IMG/VR virus record: IMGVR_UViG_3300048924_000191
Span: 124,001 to 188,000 of that record
Reading direction: 5' to 3' (one strand)
DNA length: 64,000 nucleotides
Part shown: piece by piece, positions 58,173-64,000 of the stretch
Layout: each line of letters starts with the position of its first letter
Position numbering within the stretch: position 1 is the first letter of the stretch
Notes under the pieces: generated by a model
Database searches by the model: none
The model's input: the letters and a program-made list of their open reading frames with translations, nothing else
What the model was told of the DNA's origin: nothing
Program-made: the position numbers and the translations under genes

Positions 58173-58253
58173 GTAATGTACTAACGTGATATTTTTAATC
58201 ACAATCATCGTCACGTTTGTATCACGATGATAATGTATCACCCACGAATCTTT
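58173..58253 (-). promoter_or_regulatory. Tandem putative early promoters for chmA
   Basis: AAAGA-N9-GATACATTAT (58230-58253) and AAAAA-N9-AGTACATTAC (from 58173) in an AT-rich intergenic region. Confidence 0.65.
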
Positions 58254-58389
58254 AAACGTGGTGGTAATACAATGAAGGCGGAGTTGCGTAATTCTCCCCG
58301 GTCCAGGGACCTGCGGCAGACAGGTCATGTGAGTTCTTCACATATAATGGATATTGTCCGTAACTTTTTACATAGCGAGGGTAGAGTGG

Positions 58390-59502
58390 ATGTTCCAGCT
58401 ATTTGATTCGAGGAATATCTTTGATCGCTCGCCGTTCCAGTACGCCAGGATGGACTACCTGCGAGAGCGGGTTGGTGAGAACTACAAGAAACTGGTGGAC
58501 CAGCGGCGCTGGACTACGGGGCGGTTGGACAGCTCGCATTTACTGCGGTCTATCCTGCTCGGCCTCGCTGTTGAATTCAAGGGAGATCTACAGCAATACA
58601 TTCAGGCAGTGGGGGCAGCTGAGCGAAGAGTCGTACCTACGCTGAACCTGACATCTTCCTACAGCCGTGGGCGGTTGTTCACCGAAGGCGTCTTCTACAA
58701 CGACTGTCCTGAAATCATCATCGCCGCTCCAAGCTTTGATTGGACGGTCATGGATCTGTGGAAGGACTACCGGAAACTCAGTGCAGTAACGGTACTGTCT
58801 CACCCCATCACAGACATCGATGTAGTCGAGTTGGGGGTGATGAACAACTTCACCGTCAACAAACGGTTGGACTTGGCAATCATCGCTATCGACATTCCGC
58901 TCCTGGCGGCGCAATGGCAGCTGTGGAGAGCCGGTAACCCAGACGGTACACCAGAACACTTCCTGACGGAGGTTCCTCTGGTAGGGGCGGTGAAGAGCCA
59001 CCTCAACATCGCTTTCTTCAACAAGGTACGTGCGGCCATGGGGATCATCCCCTACATCAAGGCACGCACCAACCTGACGTTCCAGCAGTTCCCGGCAGAT
59101 GGCCCAGCCAACGACTTGGCAGCAACTGTAGTCAAGAACATCACGTCCAAGGCTATGCATGAGAACCAGATCCTCTCCAGCATCCCTGTGATCTTTGGCG
59201 ACAACTATCTGGACAGCGTCAGGTTCCCTGATGTGATGACGAGTTTCCAGATTGCCTGGGCGGATCAGGCTTTCAAGATGGACCCGGCTTCTGTAGTGCT
59301 TGAATGCATGAAGTACGTCGGAGACTCTCGTCTTCTGGATGTTCTCAAAATCATCCGCAGGACTTTGATTCAGAACGAAGAAGCCAAGACGCTGACGACA
59401 GGTTTGACCACCGCCGCTAGCGCCCTTCTCATGGATCGATTGACGGGGCTGGTAGTATCGCGTTTACCTAATCCGTTGGGTGTTGAAGAACCAACAGCAT
59501 AA
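58390..59502 (+). CDS. Conserved protein divergent from chmA (phiKZ gp52-like, virion-associated)
   Basis: SHLL..IL, GVFY..PEIII, LSHP, IDIPLLAAQW; synteny. Confidence 0.6.
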   Translation: MFQLFDSRNIFDRSPFQYARMDYLRERVGENYKKLVDQRRWTTGRLDSSHLLRSILLGLAVEFKGDLQQYIQAVGAAERRVVPTLNLTSSYSRGRLFTEGVFYNDCPEIIIAAPSFDWTVMDLWKDYRKLSAVTVLSHPITDIDVVELGVMNNFTVNKRLDLAIIAIDIPLLAAQWQLWRAGNPDGTPEHFLTEVPLVGAVKSHLNIAFFNKVRAAMGIIPYIKARTNLTFQQFPADGPANDLAATVVKNITSKAMHENQILSSIPVIFGDNYLDSVRFPDVMTSFQIAWADQAFKMDPASVVLECMKYVGDSRLLDVLKIIRRTLIQNEEAKTLTTGLTTAASALLMDRLTGLVVSRLPNPLGVEEPTA

Positions 59503-59543
59503 GACTACAGGGAGTGGGGAATCCCCACTCCCTGTATGCCGTC
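59497..59543. terminator. Hairpin flanked by CATA and TATGCCGT
   Basis: TACAGGGAGTGGGGA-a-TCCCCACTCCCTGTA-TGCCGTC. Confidence 0.85.
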
Positions 59544-59958
59544 AAAGGACGGAGACGGCTTGTTGGGCCAGGTCTTCTTGTTCTTCGGTGTTGACGATAC
59601 GCTGTTGGCTGAAGTGCAGGTGCAGGATCTCGCCATCGGTGACGTCGTTTGCTGCACGGATCATCAGCTCTTGCACCGATTCGCCTTCTTTACCTTCGTA
59701 CACGGCCGACAAGATCTCACCGCCGTTGGCAGGTCGGATTGCCAGATAGATAGTCGGCGGACCTAACGTTACCGACGCTACGTTTTGAATCACTTCGTTG
59801 ACTATTGCTTGTGCCATCACAAAACCCTTCATGGTCGGCAAACGTTTAGCGACATCCCGCATGACTTCTTCCGAAGACTGTTGGGCGGCTTGAGGGACCC
59901 TGATCGACGTACGGCAACTCTGGGCCCGCTGACTCAGTTCGAACACATCGATATTCAT
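59542..59958 (-). CDS. Hypothetical protein
   Basis: TAAGGAG SD. Confidence 0.65.
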   Translation of the reverse strand: MNIDVFELSQRAQSCRTSIRVPQAAQQSSEEVMRDVAKRLPTMKGFVMAQAIVNEVIQNVASVTLGPPTIYLAIRPANGGEILSAVYEGKEGESVQELMIRAANDVTDGEILHLHFSQQRIVNTEEQEDLAQQAVSVL

Positions 59959-60113
59959 TGTCGATTCTCCTTATTCTGACAATGGGCGCAGAAGCCGCAA
60001 TACTCACACCAAGGCACAGGTGGTGGCGCTGTCGGAACCGTTGTCGGCAGTGGTTTGCGGACTATCTCTGGACCAGCCGTGATGCGGTAGAGCAGATACA
60101 TTAACCATTTCAT
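59955..60113 (-). CDS. 52-aa Cys-rich microprotein (CxxCxxCxxC)
   Basis: MKWLMYLLYRITAGPEIVRKPLPTTVPTAPPPVPWCEYCGFCAHCQNKENRQ; ATGA overlaps at both ends; below ORF-track cutoff. Confidence 0.65.
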   Translation of the reverse strand: MKWLMYLLYRITAGPEIVRKPLPTTVPTAPPPVPWCEYCGFCAHCQNKENRQ

Positions 60114-62236
60114 ATTTTCATCCCAAGGAAGTCGAACACCAAACGGTAGTTGTTTCGGTCAACAATGTGCAGACCGGTGGATTCCAGCGTGCGGTAGAAA
60201 CCTTCGTTGATCTGGTAGGTCAGCTTACGCACGTTGGCCGCAGACTGGATCTCTACAGGCAACCCACACTGCTTGATCGACATGGTCGGCAGATACACTG
60301 TCGGCAGTTCTGTACGGCCGTGCTTCGCCATCCACGCAATCATACGTTCAGCCAACGCTCGGTCTTCGATCTCAGCCAGCCATTCCTGCGTTTTGGTTTT
60401 GTTCACCAACTCGGTAGTGACTTTAACCACAGGGATAGGCGGTTGAATCGATTCACCGTACTTTGGACCAAACACTTCTTGCCACATCTCGAAGTAAGGG
60501 ACCTTGTTGGTCTCAGGTTTGATCGACGCAGACTTCAGGTAGGTGTACTCACCGCGCATGATCGAACGGATAGTGTCCAGTTCGAACTTAGCCACTTCTT
60601 CCAGCAGCTCTTTGGCCGAGATCTGTTCACTGTTGTTGGCAGCGTCCAGGATCTTACGGCGCATGCGGTCACCGCCTTGCAGCGTTTGTTTCTGGGTGGA
60701 CGAACCACGCAGCCCCACGCCTTTGGTTTCAGTCTCGTCTTCTTCGTAGATGTTACCTTCCCGCATCGACATCAAGGCGTAATAGTGCTTCGCCAAGTTA
60801 GTCCGAGCAAAGACTGGGAAGCCGTACTCGTTCTTCATCGCCAGACGGAAGGTGTTGGCAACTTCCACACCAACGTTGGCAGACAACATAGCCAGCGAGT
60901 GCGCAATGCACTGACACGCCATGTACGTCGCCAGATACCAGATCCGGTCGTTAACCTCACCACGAATCATGTTACCCGAGTACCACTGCACCCAGTATTC
61001 GGTAGTGAAGATCGAGGAGTCAGTATCCGCTGCCAGACAGGCACGACGCTGGATAGACTTCAGACTCGCCACAGTGGGAGGCAGGTGATCAGGTACGAAC
61101 AGACCAGAGATAAAGTCGGACCACTTCGCAGAGGACTGCATGAACTTCTGAGCAGTCTTACCGATGGTCTTCCAACCTTCCGGATTGTTCTCTTTCACCA
61201 GCTCGTGAGTTGTACCCTTGAGCACAGAGGCACACAAGGCGTTCACGTAAGCGATGTCAGTAGCATCCAGAGACTTCAGTGCTACGTCGGTATCGATATC
61301 GTCGGGAATGTCCGAAAGATCCAACGCGATCAGCTCGGACATCATTTGTCGAATGATGTCCGGGTTGTGCTTGGCTACGTGGAACATGTCGCCAGAATAC
61401 ACGACAGCTGCGCGCTCCAGCGGAGTCATGCCCTCAGCCAGCTGCAAGAACTTCTCCAGCTCGTGCGGGATACGCCAGTACAGTCTACCAGAGTACTCGA
61501 CCATGTCGACCACATCTTGAGCGGTCGGATAAACCAGATCGTACTTGGTGATGGTCTCCTGCATCCGATCGAGGTTTTCGATCGTTAAGATAGCCATTAA
61601 GTTTGCCCTGGCTATCTCTGGCGTATGGTAGTGCTTCGATCCCATGAGGAACCGTTCTACCGTGGCGTTACCGTAACCTGCGGCAGCACGGCAAAGCGAA
61701 GTCAGACTGGAGTGACCTGTCGCCAGATACAGCGCGTTACCTTCAAAGCCCCGCTGTCCAGATACCGAGTTGATTCGGATCTTACGGGCATTCTGGTCGT
61801 AGTCCGCCAATGCAGACTTGAGCATCTCGCCCAACTGCTTGAACTGGAACATCGCCTTCTTGGACGTCTTACGGGCTTTGATGTTGTCGTCCTGCCATTC
61901 CGCAGTAACTGACTTCTCAACTTCCGGACGTTCATACACCACCATCGACGGCGAAACAATACGACCGCTGTCAGTGATCTCCTGCACGTAGTTCAGGAAA
62001 CTGGTGGTATCTTCTACCCGATGTCCTTTGGCTTTGCTGATCAGCTGGGTCATGGCCGGATCTTTGATCGCGAGCTCTTTCCCTTCCTTGATCTTTTCTT
62101 GAACGAACTTCAGACTCCCCGTGTAACCACGACGGAGCATCAGCGAAATGTACTTGGCGTTCTGCCTGACGTAACCACGGCGAATGTCCAGGTTACGACG
62201 GTACTGCTCTACTGGGCGAACAAACGGGTTAGCCAT
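60110..62236 (-). CDS. Split family-B DNA polymerase, catalytic subunit (phiKZ gp50-like)
   Basis: Motif B QNARKIRINSVSG, SSLTSLCR, motif C ADTDS, KNEY, AKHY, TKGV. Confidence 0.9.
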   Translation of the reverse strand: MANPFVRPVEQYRRNLDIRRGYVRQNAKYISLMLRRGYTGSLKFVQEKIKEGKELAIKDPAMTQLISKAKGHRVEDTTSFLNYVQEITDSGRIVSPSMVVYERPEVEKSVTAEWQDDNIKARKTSKKAMFQFKQLGEMLKSALADYDQNARKIRINSVSGQRGFEGNALYLATGHSSLTSLCRAAAGYGNATVERFLMGSKHYHTPEIARANLMAILTIENLDRMQETITKYDLVYPTAQDVVDMVEYSGRLYWRIPHELEKFLQLAEGMTPLERAAVVYSGDMFHVAKHNPDIIRQMMSELIALDLSDIPDDIDTDVALKSLDATDIAYVNALCASVLKGTTHELVKENNPEGWKTIGKTAQKFMQSSAKWSDFISGLFVPDHLPPTVASLKSIQRRACLAADTDSSIFTTEYWVQWYSGNMIRGEVNDRIWYLATYMACQCIAHSLAMLSANVGVEVANTFRLAMKNEYGFPVFARTNLAKHYYALMSMREGNIYEEDETETKGVGLRGSSTQKQTLQGGDRMRRKILDAANNSEQISAKELLEEVAKFELDTIRSIMRGEYTYLKSASIKPETNKVPYFEMWQEVFGPKYGESIQPPIPVVKVTTELVNKTKTQEWLAEIEDRALAERMIAWMAKHGRTELPTVYLPTMSIKQCGLPVEIQSAANVRKLTYQINEGFYRTLESTGLHIVDRNNYRLVFDFLGMKI

Positions 62237-62238
62237 CG

Positions 62239-62505
62239 TTACAGAATCTCTCGTTGTTGACACACTGGGGGTTGGTCTGGCGTATCGCCGAAGTGGCCGG
62301 CAGCGCCTTGGGACGACTCAAACCTCGACCCGCAGTGGAAACATACCCACGCCTTATCGTGCATGGTGTACGACACGGAATCATCTTCCGTACCACGGAC
62401 CAGATCGACTCGCATGCCGAATTTGGTCCTGAACTCCGTCATTGCTTTGTAGAGTTCTTCTTCGTCGACAATGGGATCGACGACGGTGAGTGTGAGTCGG
62501 CTCAT
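62239..62505 (-). CDS. Small protein with Zn-finger-like motif
   Basis: WVCFHCGSRF..AAGHFG..PVC; GGAGG SD. Confidence 0.65.
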   Translation of the reverse strand: MSRLTLTVVDPIVDEEELYKAMTEFRTKFGMRVDLVRGTEDDSVSYTMHDKAWVCFHCGSRFESSQGAAGHFGDTPDQPPVCQQREIL

Positions 62506-62548
62506 GACCTTCCCTCCTGTTAACTACATCAGTTGGACGTTCGTTAAC

Positions 62549-62593
62549 AAAAAAAAAGACCACCCTACCCGCCCCTTTCGGAGCGGGTAGGTG
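62549..62593 (-). terminator. Intrinsic terminator
   Basis: CCTACCCGC..tttc..GCGGGTAGG with T9 tail on minus strand. Confidence 0.8.
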
Positions 62594-62597
62594 TGCG

Positions 62598-63002
62598 TCA
62601 CGGGTTGACGTACTCGAACGAGAAGTTCTCGATACCAGACTTGAGCGCCATGGTCTTGAGCGATTCGATCTGCTCGTCGGTGGCGTCAGGTAGACGCATG
62701 ATCCGAGGGACGTTACCGCCACTCTCGATCGAGGTCTCGATGATCCACGGAATGCCGTAGTAACTCGGCACGCTGTTCGCGTCAATGAATTTGGCATAGA
62801 GGTAATCGGTATATCTCACCGGCTTTGGGTCGGGGATGAACGGCAGGTACTGGCGGTGATCTGCCACCGGGTCCTCACCGATCGCCAGGAGAGTCTGTGC
62901 ATCCAAGAAGCTAATCAACTTCAAGTTACGCAGTTTCTCCCCGGCAACAGTGGTGAAGGTCAGCGTTTGGCCGACCGCATTGTTGTCCAACTTCATCGTC
63001 AC
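62598..63002 (-). CDS. Conserved small protein (phiKZ gp49-like)
   Basis: H..YLP..YLY..YGIPWI; GGAGGA SD. Confidence 0.5.
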   Translation of the reverse strand: MTMKLDNNAVGQTLTFTTVAGEKLRNLKLISFLDAQTLLAIGEDPVADHRQYLPFIPDPKPVRYTDYLYAKFIDANSVPSYYGIPWIIETSIESGGNVPRIMRLPDATDEQIESLKTMALKSGIENFSFEYVNP

Positions 63003-63337
63003 TCCTCCAAGACAGCCAGGTAATAGCCGTCCTTATCAAACTCCAGGGACTTCACTTGACCCGTACGCATCAGGTCGAAGAGATTCACATCATCCACTTG
63101 AAGGAAGAGTTGTTCCAGATAGAAGCACCCGTAGCCCAGCTCTATTTCTTCGAAAGCCTTATCGTTGCCAGACATGGCATTGAGGCACAACTGGACATGC
63201 TCCTCATAATCCATGGGGTGGCAACTGTGTTGCGGCGGGTAAGTGTCACAGGGCTCGTACTGGAACTCTTGATAGGCTAATGCCTGCAGAGCTAAGTAGA
63301 ACTTAGGACTATACCCAATGAAGGAATGTTCTCCCAC
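62999..63337 (-). CDS. Hypothetical protein
   Basis: GGAG SD; GTGA overlap with next gene. Confidence 0.55.
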   Translation of the reverse strand: MGEHSFIGYSPKFYLALQALAYQEFQYEPCDTYPPQHSCHPMDYEEHVQLCLNAMSGNDKAFEEIELGYGCFYLEQLFLQVDDVNLFDLMRTGQVKSLEFDKDGYYLAVLEE

Positions 63338-63355
63338 TCGGGTTCTCCAGTCAGT

Positions 63356-63814
63356 TTAAACGACCATCATTATCACGTTACAGTATATCTTCCGGTTAGC
63401 GCCGGTGAGACTGACTGTACCTTCGACTACCTTTGCTCCAACATACCCTAAGTGCTTTGTGTAACGAGCTATTGCTGGGTAGAAGGAGTTGACTACGTAA
63501 TCGGCAACGATCAGCGCGTCTTCGAAATCTTTGACTCGGCCTTTGTCACACAACTCCATGGCTTTCTTCGCGAGTAGCCCTGGATCGGTAGTCGGTGGAG
63601 ACTTAATCGAATCGTAATCCGTGAGAATGCCGGCAAGGTCATACCCCAAATCACATACTTCGTAATCCACCTGGTTAATGAACTTGCGGGTCAGGTCAGT
63701 CACATCAACTACGACGTAGGACTTATCGCCGCGGTTATTGGACGCTGATGACCTGTCGTCGCTTGTTGAGTTCGATGACCGTAAGTGATTTCGGATCATG
63801 GGAGATGACCTCAA
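63356..63814 (-). CDS. Hypothetical protein (start uncertain)
   Basis: ORF in minus-strand operon. Confidence 0.5.
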   Translation of the reverse strand: MRSSPMIRNHLRSSNSTSDDRSSASNNRGDKSYVVVDVTDLTRKFINQVDYEVCDLGYDLAGILTDYDSIKSPPTTDPGLLAKKAMELCDKGRVKDFEDALIVADYVVNSFYPAIARYTKHLGYVGAKVVEGTVSLTGANRKIYCNVIMMVV

Positions 63815-63998
63815 TGTCTTCCAGGGCCGTTACGGGAAACCCGCACTGACCCACTGTGTTGTACAGCAAGTCGTACAGCCTGAGTGCTGGGTGACCCCGC
63901 GGTAAGTCCGGAAACATCCCAAACGGTGGTGGCCACGACAGCTGATGATTGGCAAACGGCATTTGCTCTGCAAACTGCCCAGCTCGGATACGCAGGAT
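63735..63998 (-). CDS. 3' part of a hypothetical gene entering from beyond the window
   Basis: Frame open to window edge (ILRIRAGQFAEQMPF...). Confidence 0.45.
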   Translation of the reverse strand: MLRIRAGQFAEQMPFANHQLSWPPPFGMFPDLPRGHPALRLYDLLYNTVGQCGFPVTALEDIEVISHDPKSLTVIELNKRRQVISVQ

Positions 63999-64000
63999 TG

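Noticed and set aside
58113-58328. 71-aa ORF in the chmA upstream region
   Set aside because: Overlaps two promoter motifs in an AT-rich intergenic region and has atypical codon usage
1-64000. tRNA/rRNA genes, introns, inteins, transposases, reverse transcriptase, alternative genetic code
   Set aside because: None recognised by eye. Core genes are full length under the standard code and use TAA, TAG and TGA stops. A tRNAscan/Infernal run would be needed to exclude RNAs formally.

Overview
This window is a core-genome segment of a phiKZ-like, nucleus-forming jumbo phage (Chimalliviridae-type, roughly 55% GC). phiKZ gp numbers below come from remembered gene order plus visible motifs, not from database searches. 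The right half (minus strand) is the nucleus/transcription/replication block: DNA polymerase B catalytic subunit, chimallin, non-virion RNA polymerase subunits (no introns), SbcD nuclease, ChmC, PicA and an SF2 helicase. The left half carries a virion RNA polymerase subunit, the exonuclease subunit of the split polymerase, baseplate/neck genes and an expanded family of internal head proteins with S-X-E cleavage sites. Observations not explained by the ORF track: (1) two candidate programmed -1 frameshifts, G_GGA_AAC at the stop of an internal head protein (adds 110 aa) and G_TTT_TTT in a tail-chaperone-like gene pair; (2) an NAD+-dependent ligase homolog at the left edge whose catalytic KxDG motif reads RYVG, overlapping a SLOG gene; (3) Arg/Asp mixed-charge tails ending near Trp on chimallin, PicA and the gp70-like protein; (4) an SSB-like acidic tip on ChmC; (5) a translationally coupled 52-aa CxxCxxCxxC microprotein behind the polymerase; (6) a recurring AAAGA-N8/9-RATACATTAY promoter motif and many hairpins flanked by TATG(C). 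No tRNA, rRNA, CRISPR array or IS element was seen.
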